From: Treponemataceae bacterium
GTDB taxonomy: Bacteria > Spirochaetota > Spirochaetia > Treponematales > Rectinemataceae
Assembly (NCBI GenBank): GCA_963678065.2
Contig: CAXXVZ010000003.1
Span: 768,001-832,000 of the forward strand
Direction: 5' to 3'
DNA length: 64,000 bases
Shown in pieces: positions 20,629 to 31,384 of the stretch; the stretch's first letter is position 1, and each line of letters opens with the position of its first letter. The notes under the pieces were generated by a model. The model ran no database searches. It worked only from the letters and a program-made list of their open reading frames with translations, and was not told where the DNA came from. The position numbers and the translations under genes are program-made.

Positions 20629-22449
20629 TCACTTGCTTCCGGACTCGTCCTCTCCCGAGCGAAGGACGGCGAGGAAGGCATCCTGGGAGAGCTCGACATT
20701 GCCGACCATCTTCATGCGCTTCTTTCCTTCCTTCTGCTTCTCGAGGAGCTTGCGCTTGCGGCTTATATCGCCGCCATAGCACTTGGCGAGGACGTCCTTG
20801 CGGACCGGGTTCACGGTCTCGCGCGCGATGACCATGCTGCCGATCGCGCCCTGGATGGCGATCTTGAACTGCTGGCGCGAGATCGTCCCCTGCAGCCTCT
20901 CGCAGACCTTTCGGGCCCTCTCGTAGGCCGTAGGCCTGTATACCATCATGGACAGTGCATCGACGATCTCGCCGTTGACCATGAAGTCGAGTTTGGCGAG
21001 ATCGGTGGGCTTGTATCCGACGACCTCATAGTCGAAGCTCGCGTAGCCGCGGCTCGTCGACTTGAGCTTGTCGTAGAAGTCGAAAAGAACCTCCGCAAGA
21101 GGCATCTCGAAGACGAGCTCGACGCGCTTCTCGTCGAGGTGGGTGAAGGACTGCTGGACGCCCCGCTTGCCGATGCACAGGGTGATGAGGTTGCCGATGT
21201 AGGCGACGGGCGTGATGACCTGGGCCTTGATGTACGGTTCGTCTGCGGAGTCGATGCGCGAGGGATCGGGGTACTCTGAAGGATTGTCGATGAAGACAGT
21301 ATCGCCGTTCATGAGCTTGAGCTTGTAGCGGACGCTCGGCGCCGTCATGATGATGGACTGGTTGTGCTCGCGCTCGAGTCTCTCCTGGACGATTTCCAGG
21401 TGCAGAAGGCCGAGGAAGCCGCAGCGGAAGCCGAATCCGAGGGCGAGGGAACTGTCCTTCTCGTAGATGAGGGAGGCATCGTTCAGCTTGAGCTTCTCGA
21501 TGCTCACCTTGAGTTCGTCATAATCGGCCGAGTCCATCGGGTAGATGGAGCTGAAAACGACCGGCTTCACTTCCTTGAAACCAGGCAATGGCGCCTCGCA
21601 AGGATTCGCGTCGTCGGTGATCGTGTCGCCGACCCTGACGTCGGAGATGTTTTTGATGCCCGCGACGATGTAGCCGACTTCTCCGGCCGAAAGCGCGTCG
21701 CACTTGACGAGCTGCATCTTGAAGAGCCCCGTCTCCTCGACCTCGTAGGCGGCCTTGCACCACATGAAGCGTATTTTCTGCCCGGGCGTAATTTTGCCCT
21801 TCATGACGCGGACATGGGCGATGACGCCGCGGTAGGGGTCGTAGTGCGAGTCGAAGATGATGGCCTGGGTCGGCTCGTCGGCCCTCCCGGTCGGATGGGG
21901 TATGCGCTCCACGATGGCCTCGAGGAGCTCGTCGATTCCGATGCCCATCTTGCCCGATACGGCCAGGGCCGAATCGCCGTCGAGCCCCAGCTCTTTGTCG
22001 ATCTGACGCCTGGTCTCGGGTATGTCGGCGGCAGGCATGTCGATCTTGTTGATGACGGGGATGATCTCCAGGTCGTGCTCGAGGGCCATGTACATGTTGG
22101 ACAGGGTCTGGGCCTCGACGCCTTGCGTCGCGTCGACGACGAGGACCGCGCCCTCACAGGAAGAGATGGCGCGGGAGACTTCGTAGGAAAAGTCGACGTG
22201 GCCGGGCGTGTCGACGAGGTTGAGGGTGTAGGTCCTGCCGTCGCGGGCCGTGTAGGGAAGGCTCACGGCCTGGCTTTTGATGGTGATTCCGCGCTCGCGC
22301 TCGATATCCATGTTGTCGAGCATCTGGTTCTGGAGCTTGCGCTCGTCGATGATCCTCGCCTTCTCGATGAAGCGGTCGGCAAGCGTCGATTTTCCGTGAT
22401 CGATGTGGGCGATGATACAGAAATTCCTGATGAGCTCGGGTTCGTGCAT
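20629..22449 (-). CDS. lepA: Elongation factor 4
   Basis: IRNFCIIAHIDHGKSTLADR, ERERGITIK, DTPGH, KCYGGDISRKRKL; start may be 22458. Confidence 0.97.
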   Translation of the reverse strand: MHEPELIRNFCIIAHIDHGKSTLADRFIEKARIIDERKLQNQMLDNMDIERERGITIKSQAVSLPYTARDGRTYTLNLVDTPGHVDFSYEVSRAISSCEGAVLVVDATQGVEAQTLSNMYMALEHDLEIIPVINKIDMPAADIPETRRQIDKELGLDGDSALAVSGKMGIGIDELLEAIVERIPHPTGRADEPTQAIIFDSHYDPYRGVIAHVRVMKGKITPGQKIRFMWCKAAYEVEETGLFKMQLVKCDALSAGEVGYIVAGIKNISDVRVGDTITDDANPCEAPLPGFKEVKPVVFSSIYPMDSADYDELKVSIEKLKLNDASLIYEKDSSLALGFGFRCGFLGLLHLEIVQERLEREHNQSIIMTAPSVRYKLKLMNGDTVFIDNPSEYPDPSRIDSADEPYIKAQVITPVAYIGNLITLCIGKRGVQQSFTHLDEKRVELVFEMPLAEVLFDFYDKLKSTSRGYASFDYEVVGYKPTDLAKLDFMVNGEIVDALSMMVYRPTAYERARKVCERLQGTISRQQFKIAIQGAIGSMVIARETVNPVRKDVLAKCYGGDISRKRKLLEKQKEGKKRMKMVGNVELSQDAFLAVLRSGEDESGSK

Positions 22450-22497
22450 GGCGTTCATGCTAGCGGAAAAGTGCGGTTTGCGCAATAATCGCTTTCC

Positions 22498-23781
22498 ATG
22501 ACTGCTTTTTCGCTCTTGCCCCGCAACGCCCGCATCTGTGTCCTCATCGAGCCCCTCTGGGCGATGTTCGGCCCTCTCGTGCTTTACTACGCCCCCCTCT
22601 ACCAAGAGGCGAGGGGCCTCGACGCCGTGCAGATGGGAATCGTCAACTCGGCGGGAATCGCGGCCGGATTCGTGTTTTTCCTCCTGGCCTCTCCCATCAC
22701 CGACAGACTCGGACGCCGCTGGACGAGCCTCATTTTCGACATCCTGTCCTGGACTGTCGCCATGCTGGTCTGGGCCTTCGCGCGGAGCTTCGTCTGGTTT
22801 CTCGTCGCGGCGGTCCTGAATGCCCTCGTCAGGATCGTCATCGTATCCTGGAATATGCTCATCACGGAGGACGCGCAGGCTGGCCAGCGTTCGACCATCC
22901 ACGGGTGGATGTATCTCATCGGATCGACTGGAGGCATCGTCACCTTCGTCGGGGGGCTCTTCGTCGCTTCGAAGGGCGTTCTTTCGGCCTTGCCGGTGAT
23001 CTATGTACTCGGCTCTGTCTCCATGACGACGATGTTCCTCATCCGCCACTTTACGACGCTGGAAACGAAGGCGGGACGCATCCTCATGGAAAAGAAAAAG
23101 GGGAAACCCTTCCTGCCGGAGCTCTTCGCGCAGTTCTCCCTTGCCCGCCGGGCCCTCGCCGACAGGCGTTTTCTCGCGAGCCTCTGTGTTTTCGCCATCG
23201 CGAACGTCATCTACACCATGGATTTTTACCGCGTCCTTTTTCTGGGAGAGGTCAAGAGAATAGCCCCCGTCGTCGTCGCCCTTATCCCTGCGGTCGGAGC
23301 GCTCTTGAGCCTCGCGGTGTTCTTCCTCCTCATTCCGAAGCTCGAAGCCCGATCCCCCTCCGGCAACCAGTACGGGAAGGACGCGCGCATACTCTCCTTC
23401 GCGTCCCTGTTCTGCGCGGCCTGTCAGGCTGCCGTCATTTTCCTGCCGGAGAGCTCTGCCCTCCCCGCCATTCTCGCCGTCGGCATGATCCAGTCGGGCT
23501 ACATCGTCCTCCAGACCTTCCGGGACGCCGTCTTCATGAACGGGACAGGGGAACTGGACAGGGGCAGCCTCTACAGCCTCGTGCAGGCCCTCACCTTCCT
23601 CGTCTCGATACCCGCCGGCTGGCTCGGAGGATGGCTGTACTCGAAAGACCCGGTATTCCCCTTCATCGTCTCCCTCGTCCTCTACCTGTGCTGCTTCGCG
23701 GTCGCAAGAGCGATGGAGACCATGGCAGGAGAAGAGGAGGAGGCCCGGACAAAAAGTTCGGCAGGAAGCGCGACTTCATGA
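22498..23781 (+). CDS. MFS transporter
   Basis: About 12 hydrophobic segments and motif A ITDRLGRR. Confidence 0.85.
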   Translation: MTAFSLLPRNARICVLIEPLWAMFGPLVLYYAPLYQEARGLDAVQMGIVNSAGIAAGFVFFLLASPITDRLGRRWTSLIFDILSWTVAMLVWAFARSFVWFLVAAVLNALVRIVIVSWNMLITEDAQAGQRSTIHGWMYLIGSTGGIVTFVGGLFVASKGVLSALPVIYVLGSVSMTTMFLIRHFTTLETKAGRILMEKKKGKPFLPELFAQFSLARRALADRRFLASLCVFAIANVIYTMDFYRVLFLGEVKRIAPVVVALIPAVGALLSLAVFFLLIPKLEARSPSGNQYGKDARILSFASLFCAACQAAVIFLPESSALPAILAVGMIQSGYIVLQTFRDAVFMNGTGELDRGSLYSLVQALTFLVSIPAGWLGGWLYSKDPVFPFIVSLVLYLCCFAVARAMETMAGEEEEARTKSSAGSATS

Positions 23782-23889
23782 TGCCGAAACAGCTCCGCTC
23801 CGGGACTCGTGTGGAAGTTCGACATGGATTCCTATACTTCCGCAATCCCGGCGTTGTATACTGAAAAGAACAGAGAACAATGAGGAGGC

Positions 23890-24192
23890 ATGATGCTCGA
23901 CACCCTGAAATACACTGAAGTGGATGGTCCGCGCCACGACCACGATATCACCGTCTACGCGCTTTCAACCTGTGGCTTCTGCAAACGCTGTATCGCATGG
24001 CTGGGAAACAAGGGTTTCGCCTATCGCTACATCCATGTCGACCAAATTCCCCTCGAAGTGAAGACCGAAGTAAAGAGGATTCTCAAGGAACGGTTCAAGG
24101 AAGATGTGGCCTTCCCCTTCGCCATCATCGATTCCGACAAACACCTCGTCGGCTTCATCGAGCCGGACTGGGCCAAGACTCTCGGACTCTGA
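23890..24192 (+). CDS. Glutaredoxin/NrdH-like protein
   Basis: YALSTCGFCK CxxC motif, cis-Pro AFP, VGF. Confidence 0.85.
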   Translation: MMLDTLKYTEVDGPRHDHDITVYALSTCGFCKRCIAWLGNKGFAYRYIHVDQIPLEVKTEVKRILKERFKEDVAFPFAIIDSDKHLVGFIEPDWAKTLGL

Positions 24193-24205
24193 AGAGGGCC
24201 ACACG

Positions 24206-24535
24206 ATGACTCCAAAGACAGAGGAACAGACCGCCACCTTCGCCTCCATGGTCGCAGCGAAACAGGGCTGGGTCCTCAATCCCGATACAGAGTTCACGGA
24301 GAGCCTCATCGCGGGACTCACCGTCAACTGGAACAGGTACGGCTACTATCTCTGTCCCTGCAGGGATTCGGAAGGCTCCCGCGAGGCCGACGCCTCCGTG
24401 ATCTGTCCCTGTTCCGTGAGCCACGCCGATGTCGACGAGTTCGGCCACTGCTTCTGCGCCCTCTACCTCTCGAGAGATTTCGCCGCCTCCGGCGCTGCTC
24501 CCCGCGGTATCAAAGATCGCCGTTTCGGTTCCTGA
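24206..24535 (+). CDS. Ferredoxin:thioredoxin reductase catalytic subunit-like protein
   Basis: CPC...CPC...CFC motif triplet. Confidence 0.9.
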   Translation: MTPKTEEQTATFASMVAAKQGWVLNPDTEFTESLIAGLTVNWNRYGYYLCPCRDSEGSREADASVICPCSVSHADVDEFGHCFCALYLSRDFAASGAAPRGIKDRRFGS

Positions 24536-24536
24536 C

Positions 24537-25742
24537 ATGCTCTTCCACGCGTGCTACCTCGATTGGGCCGCCACAAGCCCTCCAGACGGAGACTGTCTCT
24601 CCGAGGGTTTGCGGGCTGCTCTCGAATTTTACGCGAATCCCTCCAGCCTGCACCGCCAAGGCGCGGAGGCCCGCTCCTGTCTCGAAGGGGCGCGGGCCCG
24701 GATCGCCACGACTCTGAGTTCCGGCAAAGGGCAGATCGCCTTCACCGGCTCGGGCTCGGAGGCCGATTCCATCCCCCTTCTCGCCCTCCTCAGGCAGGTT
24801 TCCAAGCGCGGAAAGCCTGGATCGCTCTCGACCGGCGAGCCGCTTCACATCGTCACTACGGCCATCGAGCACGCAGCGATCCACGCGCAGGCTGCCGTCC
24901 TGGAAGCCGCCGGCTTTTCGGTCAGCTATCTGAGACCCGGCCCCGACGGCCGTGTGAGCCCCGAAGCGGTGACCGAGGCGCTCAGGCCCGAGACCGCCCT
25001 CGTCAGCGTCATGGCCGTCAACAACGAGACCGGGGCGATCCAGCCGCTCGCCGGAATTGCGGCGGCGGTCAGGAAGGCTTCGGAGCGGGTGGGAAAACGC
25101 ATGCCAGTCATCCACTCCGACGCCGTGCAGGCGTTCGGAAAGATCGACTTCAGGCCGGAGGAGATCGGTCTCGACTGCGCCTCGGTCTCGGCCCACAAGA
25201 TTCGGGGCCCTCGCGGAGTCGGCGCTCTCTGGTACGCCAAAGCATTCGACTCATTCGTGGTGGGAGGGGGACAGGAGCAGGGCATGCGGCCAGGCACCGA
25301 GAATCTCCAGGGTATCGTCGCCTTCGCCTGCGCGGCTGAAAAGGCCTTCGACCTGCTTCCTGACCTGCAGTCCCACGCGCGGGTTCTGGAATCCAGGCTA
25401 TTCGAAGGCCTTGCCGCCATCCGGGGAGCGACTGTCCTGCCCCTCGGCCGGAGAGCGGGTGACCCGAACTATTCTCCCTTCATCCTGAGCGTCGCCTTTC
25501 CCGGAATCTCTGGCGAGGTCATCCAGCGCGTTCTCTCGGACAAGGGGATAGCCGTTTCGACGGGTTCGGCCTGCTCCTCGCGCGCCCGGACAAAGACCCG
25601 CCGTATCCTGGATGCGATGGGCATCCCTGAAGACCTGGCCATGTCCGCCATACGCATATCCACGGGCGGACTCAGCACGGACTCGGAGATCGATCGTTTT
25701 CTCGAGAACGCGGAAATTCTCTACAGGACATTACGAACCTAG
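24537..25742 (+). CDS. Cysteine desulfurase (IscS/NifS group I)
   Basis: YLDWAATS, NPSSLH, NNETG, DAVQ, SAHK, STGSACSS. Confidence 0.92.
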   Translation: MLFHACYLDWAATSPPDGDCLSEGLRAALEFYANPSSLHRQGAEARSCLEGARARIATTLSSGKGQIAFTGSGSEADSIPLLALLRQVSKRGKPGSLSTGEPLHIVTTAIEHAAIHAQAAVLEAAGFSVSYLRPGPDGRVSPEAVTEALRPETALVSVMAVNNETGAIQPLAGIAAAVRKASERVGKRMPVIHSDAVQAFGKIDFRPEEIGLDCASVSAHKIRGPRGVGALWYAKAFDSFVVGGGQEQGMRPGTENLQGIVAFACAAEKAFDLLPDLQSHARVLESRLFEGLAAIRGATVLPLGRRAGDPNYSPFILSVAFPGISGEVIQRVLSDKGIAVSTGSACSSRARTKTRRILDAMGIPEDLAMSAIRISTGGLSTDSEIDRFLENAEILYRTLRT

Positions 25743-25756
25743 GCGGTAGCACAGAA

Positions 25757-26929
25757 ATGGAAGCTTTTTTTCTCATAAAGATCGGCGAGATCCTCCTCAA
25801 ACTCGGCAACCGGAAGGAATTCGAGACGAGGCTCCGCAACCAGCTCAAGAAAAAACTCGCCGGCATCCGGCACACAATAGAGGACTACCCTGGCCGTTAT
25901 TTCCTCATCGTCGACGAGGAGGATTCAGATCAGGCCGAAGAAGTCCTGTCGCACACGCCGGGGATAAACGGCTACGCCCGCGCCATAAAATGCAAAAAAA
26001 AGCCAGAGGACATCCTCTCCGCCGCGGAAAAGCTGGCCGAAGCCGCGATCTCCTCCGGCAAGCGCAGGTTCAAAGCTGAGACCAGGCGCTCCGACAAGAG
26101 TTTCCCCTGGAATTCCTACGAGACCTGCGCCGCGGTCGGCGAACGTATCTGCGAACTCCATCCTGAATGCTCTGTCGACCTCCACGATCCCGAGTTCATC
26201 ATCAACGTGGAAATCCGCGAGCGGGTCTATGTCTTCGGCGAAACGATTCCCGGCACGAGAGGCCTGCCTGTCGGCTCGGGCGGCATGGGGCTCCTCCTTC
26301 TGTCGGGCGGCATCGATTCTCCCGTCGCAGGTTACCTCATGGCCAAGCGGGGGCTCAATCTCAGCGCCGTCTATTTTCACGCCTATCCCTACACCTCGGA
26401 GGAGGCGAGGCTGAAAGTCGTCGAACTCGCGAAAGTCCTCGCCGTCTACACGGGGGGCATCCGGCTCTGGACTGTTCCCTTCACCGAGGTGCAGATGACC
26501 ATCAAAGCCAAGGCGCCCGAAAACGCCACGACACTGATGATGCGCGGCGCGATGATGGAGCTCTCCCACTGCCTCGCGAGGAAACTCCATGCGAACTGCC
26601 TCGTGACGGGCGAAAGCCTTGGCCAGGTGGCGAGCCAGACCGCGGAGAACCTCCGCTTCACGCAGAGCCGGACAACTCTCGCCGTCATGAGGCCTCTCAT
26701 CGGGACCGACAAAGAGGATACGGTCAATCTCGCCAAAACGATAGGAACATACAGGATCTCGATCCTTCCCTACGAGGACTGCTGCGTCCTCTTCTCGCCC
26801 AAGCATCCTGTCCTCAAGGCGAAACTCGGCGAAGCCATCTCGATCTATGAATCCCTCGGCCTCGCGCCCCTCCTCGAGAAAGCCCTGGCCGAGGCGGAAC
26901 TGCTGAAAATTCCCTACGGAAACCCGTAA
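25757..26929 (+). CDS. thiI: tRNA 4-thiouridine synthase, short form without rhodanese domain
   Basis: GEILLK, THUMP domain, LSGGIDSPVA PP-loop, GESLGQVASQT, PYEDCC. Confidence 0.95.
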   Translation: MEAFFLIKIGEILLKLGNRKEFETRLRNQLKKKLAGIRHTIEDYPGRYFLIVDEEDSDQAEEVLSHTPGINGYARAIKCKKKPEDILSAAEKLAEAAISSGKRRFKAETRRSDKSFPWNSYETCAAVGERICELHPECSVDLHDPEFIINVEIRERVYVFGETIPGTRGLPVGSGGMGLLLLSGGIDSPVAGYLMAKRGLNLSAVYFHAYPYTSEEARLKVVELAKVLAVYTGGIRLWTVPFTEVQMTIKAKAPENATTLMMRGAMMELSHCLARKLHANCLVTGESLGQVASQTAENLRFTQSRTTLAVMRPLIGTDKEDTVNLAKTIGTYRISILPYEDCCVLFSPKHPVLKAKLGEAISIYESLGLAPLLEKALAEAELLKIPYGNP

Positions 26930-26960
26930 GGGATCGGTGAGAGACATCGCGAAGGGCAAT

Positions 26961-26992
26961 AAAAAAGGGCGCGACATTTCTTTGTCGCGCCC
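26961..26992 (-). terminator. Intrinsic terminator after tRNA-Glu
   Basis: gggcgcgaca/tgtcgcgccc stem, T6 on the minus strand. Confidence 0.85.
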
Positions 26993-26996
26993 CGAC

Positions 26997-27068
26997 CATC
27001 CCCAAGGGGAATCGAACCCCTGTTGGCGGGATGAAAACCCGCTGTCCTAACCTCTAGACGATGGGGAC
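26997..27068 (-). tRNA. tRNA-Glu (TTC), CCA not encoded
   Basis: Minus strand gtccccatcgtctagaggttaggacagcggg-tt-TTC-at-cccgccaacaggggttcgattccccttggggatg folds as a cloverleaf. Confidence 0.95.
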
Positions 27069-27143
27069 ATCTAGAACGGGAAGCACTATACCTTCGGGCC
27101 CTCCCCTGTGTCAAGATCCGGAGGAATCCGCGAAATCCGGGAG

Positions 27144-28547
27144 TCAGAACTTGATCTTGGACCTCGCCATGTCGCGGAGGCCCGCGGCCAGCTTGTTGTC
27201 GGGCTTGAGCTTCAGGGCGGCCTCGCAGTCGGCCAGAGCCTGCGGGTAATCCGCGATCTGGAAGAAGGCCATGGCGCGCCGGTACCGCGACCAGAAATGG
27301 AAGGGATGGATGTCGAGAGCCAGATCGAAATCGGCGATCGCGCCGTGAAAATCCTGGATGACGCTCTTCACCACCCCGCGGTAGTACGCGGATTTGTAGC
27401 AGGCAGGATCGAACTCGAGGCTTCGGTCGAAGTCGGCTATCGCCTGTGTGTAGCAGGATTGGGAGAAGTAGGCCATCCCGCGGTGTTTCAGCACGACGGA
27501 GGCGATCTCTTTTCCCGGAATCTGGTCGAGTATTTCCGTGTACAGATCCGTCGCCCTCTTGTAATCTTCGCGGTTGTGGGCTTCCAGAGCGGAAAGAAGG
27601 AGCTCATCCATCGTCACCATTCGGGCCGGCAAAGCGTGCCCGGAGTATCCCGCGCCGTCCTCGAGGTCGACTGTTCCGAGGAGATGGGCTGCCGATGCTC
27701 CGCTTCGGGTAAAACCCTCCTCAGGAGCCAGAGCTATCTCAGGAGGCGCAGAGAAGCCCGCCTCTTTCCCTGCGTCGACCCGCGATCCCTCACCTGCGGC
27801 CGCATGGGCCTCTAACTGTGCGGCGGAGCCGACCGGGAGGTTCAGGGGCCTGTCCATCGTCTCCTCTATCTTGCCGTGGAAGGCGCTTCGTCTCCTCTCG
27901 AGTTCGGAATTGAGCCGGCGCTGGTAGTCGAGGATTTCCTGGAAGATGATGTCGGAAAGGGAGAGATTCGCGTTCAGGGCCGCGAGTTTCCTCTTGAGCG
28001 GTTCGTCGAATGGCGTGAACTCCGCCTTGTAGACGAGTTCATGCTCCACCTCGGCCCACGCTTCCTGAAGAATGGTTCTGAGCTGGATCTCGAATACTGG
28101 CTTGTCGAGTCCCACCGAAGCGTCACGGAGGTCGGGCGGCAGTTCGGCCAGCATGTGGATCGACTCATAACCGAACTCTTTGAAAGAGCGTTCGGAGCCT
28201 TTCCGTTCCAGCTCGACCACAGTGAAGGCGGAGCAGATAGCTTTCTCGGCCCGGTCGAGATCCCCGAGGAAGGGACAGATCGCCCGCACGGCTATGACGT
28301 CGGTGATCGGGATGGGCTCCTGTCCGGTCAGATGCGCCTTCATCTTTATGCGGATGCGCTTTGAATAGAGAGAATCGAAGCTTTTGATCCTGCCCTTTAT
28401 GGAAGGCCGGATCGAGATGGCCTCGAGGATCTCGCGGATGCGGTGCTCGAGGACGAGGAGTGCATATTGGTAAAGGGGATTGTTCTGCTGGAACTCGGCT
28501 TCCAGTGCCGATTTGTCGGGAATCCGTATGACATCATTTTGGTCCAT
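27144..28547 (-). CDS. RelA/SpoT synthetase-domain protein with C-terminal TPR repeats
   Basis: GRIKSFDS, DVIAVRAI, GYESIH, FEIQLRT, AWAEVEH.LVYK, then TPR helices. Confidence 0.88.
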   Translation of the reverse strand: MDQNDVIRIPDKSALEAEFQQNNPLYQYALLVLEHRIREILEAISIRPSIKGRIKSFDSLYSKRIRIKMKAHLTGQEPIPITDVIAVRAICPFLGDLDRAEKAICSAFTVVELERKGSERSFKEFGYESIHMLAELPPDLRDASVGLDKPVFEIQLRTILQEAWAEVEHELVYKAEFTPFDEPLKRKLAALNANLSLSDIIFQEILDYQRRLNSELERRRSAFHGKIEETMDRPLNLPVGSAAQLEAHAAAGEGSRVDAGKEAGFSAPPEIALAPEEGFTRSGASAAHLLGTVDLEDGAGYSGHALPARMVTMDELLLSALEAHNREDYKRATDLYTEILDQIPGKEIASVVLKHRGMAYFSQSCYTQAIADFDRSLEFDPACYKSAYYRGVVKSVIQDFHGAIADFDLALDIHPFHFWSRYRRAMAFFQIADYPQALADCEAALKLKPDNKLAAGLRDMARSKIKF

Positions 28548-28648
28548 CGTCCTACTCTACACCTGAATCCCGACTTTTCAAAGCACATAGCACTCCGGAT
28601 CCCTGTGTCGCGGGAACCGCTGATCCGGAACGAATTGCCTGTTGGGGT

Positions 28649-29152
28649 TCAGCGCACGCGGGGCAGTTTGGGCATGCCGCCCACGGTGACGAGCACGCGG
28701 TACTGTCCGGGCAAGCCCGCGGTGAGAGTCTTCGAAAGGGCCTTCACCCCGAGGGAGAGCGGTGGATCGAGGGAGAGGGAAGCCTCTGGAGAGAGGTCGA
28801 TGTAGATCGTTCCCGCGCGGTACAGGACAGATTCAACCCTGGTTCCCGCGGCGAACAGAGGACGCAGCGAGGCCGTGCGGGGACCGAGCACGAGCTCCGA
28901 GGCGAGGAGGGCAGCGTTGTTTTCGATTCCGCTTCCGAGCGGAAGGACCCGGGTCTCGCCGCGAAGGCTATGTCCCGAAGGCGAAGCGAAATACAGAAGC
29001 GTCTCGTACTTGGGACCGGAAGCGATCCAGACTGTCGACGAAAAGAGAAAAAGGGCGACAAGGAGGGTGAGAGCCTTGTTGAGTGGCAGGGAAATCCACT
29101 CGCGGAGGAAAGATACGGCGTGCTGAAAAAGGGGAAGGAACACGTTCTTCAT
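28649..29152 (-). CDS. GerMN-domain membrane protein
   Basis: N-terminal TM, LYF, ELVLGP, IYIDLS; downstream of amidase. Confidence 0.6.
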   Translation of the reverse strand: MKNVFLPLFQHAVSFLREWISLPLNKALTLLVALFLFSSTVWIASGPKYETLLYFASPSGHSLRGETRVLPLGSGIENNAALLASELVLGPRTASLRPLFAAGTRVESVLYRAGTIYIDLSPEASLSLDPPLSLGVKALSKTLTAGLPGQYRVLVTVGGMPKLPRVR

Positions 29153-30276
29153 TGCGAGGTCGAACCTTTCTGGCCTTCGAAATACAGGACAAAATCGACG
29201 ATGCCATTATAGATCGATTCGGATAGCCGGCGCAAGTAAGCCTCGTCGGAGAGAAGGGCCGCCTCTTCAGGGCTGGTCACGAATCCCGTCTCGATGAGAA
29301 CAGAAGGCATGTGGGCGTTGCGGACGACAAACCACTCCTCTGCGCGTATGCCGCGGCTCGGGCTATCCTTTCCTATATTTTTCTCCATCCGGCCGAGGAT
29401 ACTCCGGGCAAGGATGATGCTCTCGGTCGTGTACTCCTCCTCGAGCATCGCGTTCATTATCGGGACTATTTCTTCGCCTACTTTTTTGCTCATGTTCTCG
29501 TCGACCACGTTCCGGCGGTACTCCGGGTTGAGATACCAGACCTCGAAACCCTTCGCGCTCTTGTTGAAGGAGGCGTTGGCGTGGATCGAGACATAGATGA
29601 TGGCCTGATTATCTTCGAGAGTCTCGGAATTGGCCATGGACACCCTGTCCTCGAGAGTCGGATAGACATCCTTGTCCCGCGACAGGAGGATGCGCCTCTC
29701 GGGGAATCTGCGCTTGAGCTCCGCATAGACCTCGAGGGCGATTCTGAGGTTGAGATCCTTTTCCACGACCCGGAGCGTGCCCTGGGCCGTTTCGTGCTCG
29801 CCGATCGCGCCTGTGTCCTTGCCGCCGTGTCCAGGATCGATGAGGATGGCCGCGACGGAATAGCGGTTCGCGTTCTGCTTTTCGAGGGCGAGATATCGTT
29901 TTTCGAGGGCTGTCCGGAAATCAGCCTTGAAACTCGGTCCTCCGGATTCGTTCTCGGGGGCGGATACGGGCGTCTGATCCTTCCAGTCCCAGAGGATCCA
30001 GGGCACTCCCGTGGCGAACACCGCGTTGAGGCCGAAGCGCCGGAAATACCCGTAGCCGGTCAGACTGTCATAGAAGACCTCGGCCTTCAGGGCTTCTGCC
30101 AGGGCCGCCAGACTGAGGGCCCCCTGCGCGGCGGCCGGTTTCGCGGTCTGGCCCGATCCCGGAGACAGGGCTGGCTGGGTGACGGAAGACGCCGTCTTCT
30201 GCGCAGCCACGAGGAGAGGGGCGCAGCACAGCAAAAGACAGGCGGCCGCAAGCCGTAATTGAGAACGTTTCATCAT
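29149..30276 (-). CDS. N-acetylmuramoyl-L-alanine amidase (Amidase_3)
   Basis: Signal peptide, IDPGHGGKD, EK, SIHANA, PSVLIETGF. Confidence 0.92.
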   Translation of the reverse strand: MMKRSQLRLAAACLLLCCAPLLVAAQKTASSVTQPALSPGSGQTAKPAAAQGALSLAALAEALKAEVFYDSLTGYGYFRRFGLNAVFATGVPWILWDWKDQTPVSAPENESGGPSFKADFRTALEKRYLALEKQNANRYSVAAILIDPGHGGKDTGAIGEHETAQGTLRVVEKDLNLRIALEVYAELKRRFPERRILLSRDKDVYPTLEDRVSMANSETLEDNQAIIYVSIHANASFNKSAKGFEVWYLNPEYRRNVVDENMSKKVGEEIVPIMNAMLEEEYTTESIILARSILGRMEKNIGKDSPSRGIRAEEWFVVRNAHMPSVLIETGFVTSPEEAALLSDEAYLRRLSESIYNGIVDFVLYFEGQKGSTSQ

Positions 30277-31358
30277 GTATCGACAGACTCTCCCCACATT
30301 TCCACGAGGCCCCTTGAGTCGGTGGCGAAGCGGAAGGTATTCTCTTTGATCCAGGCCGCGAGAACCCTGAAACTGCGGAAGGCGCGCAGAGGATTTCCCC
30401 CGCGCCTCATCAGGAAACCCCAGAGCGATCCGATGGGAAGGACGGCGCTGTCTCCTTTATACACCGGAGCCATGTTCTTCAGCCAGAAGCGCGCAAAGTC
30501 CTCTCTTCCCCCACGGTTTTCGTCCGGAGGCCCGGAACCGCAGACCAGTTCGAGCGAGGGGAGAATACTCAGTCTTTCGCCCTGTAGCCAGGCCCTGAAG
30601 CCGAAATCGAGACACTCCCAGTAGGGAGAGTGAAATTCGCTGTCGTAGCCCCCTGTCGCGAGGAAGGCCGCCCGAGGGAAGAATCCCGTGAACCCGACAG
30701 GATAGAGGGTGGGAATCTCCACCTTGCCCGGGATGACGGCGACGGGCGAAAGTTCCTTCCTGTCGAAGGCAGGCAGAGCCGCCTGGGGAAGTTCGTTCCC
30801 CGACGTGTCGAAGATCCTGGGGGCCGCGCACAGAAGACCGGAATCGGCGAGTCTTTCGAAAAAGCGGCTGGAAAAACCTGCCCCGCGGAGAATCATGTCG
30901 CTCCACAGGACGAGCACATGGTTTCCCGCCGATTCCCTCATGGCGCAGTTCACCATAGTGCCGGGGCTCGTTTCTTCCGCGAACAGGACGAATTTGAGTC
31001 CCTGGAAAGTCTTCGTCTTCGCTTCCGCCATACCCGGCTCGATGGAGCCCGTCATGTACAGGATCGACGGAAATCCTGCCCTGAGGAGGTTTTCGATCAG
31101 GTCGAGGCGGAAGAGCCTTTCCTTCCTGCCGAGAATGACCGCAGACACAGCCACGGGAGTCTCGGAGGCTCTTCCCCCTCCTCCTCCGATGACCGTATAC
31201 CGGATGGAGGATGTTCCGTTGTGCGCCGCTTCTCCGTGCATTACTCTGAGTATCGGCCCGGATGCCCCGCTTCGTGAATCCGGGATCGAGACAATTTCCT
31301 CGCGGAAGACCGCACCGAAAAAATCGGCATTTTTCTGCGATTGGTGCTTGAATCCCAT
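30273..31358 (-). CDS. GT2-like glycosyltransferase-fold protein (start uncertain)
   Basis: [25 protein letters not shown] resemble the GT2 C-terminal pattern. Confidence 0.55.
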   Translation of the reverse strand: MGFKHQSQKNADFFGAVFREEIVSIPDSRSGASGPILRVMHGEAAHNGTSSIRYTVIGGGGGRASETPVAVSAVILGRKERLFRLDLIENLLRAGFPSILYMTGSIEPGMAEAKTKTFQGLKFVLFAEETSPGTMVNCAMRESAGNHVLVLWSDMILRGAGFSSRFFERLADSGLLCAAPRIFDTSGNELPQAALPAFDRKELSPVAVIPGKVEIPTLYPVGFTGFFPRAAFLATGGYDSEFHSPYWECLDFGFRAWLQGERLSILPSLELVCGSGPPDENRGGREDFARFWLKNMAPVYKGDSAVLPIGSLWGFLMRRGGNPLRAFRSFRVLAAWIKENTFRFATDSRGLVEMWGESVDT

Positions 31359-31384
31359 ACTGATTGGATATACAGTGCATGGCG

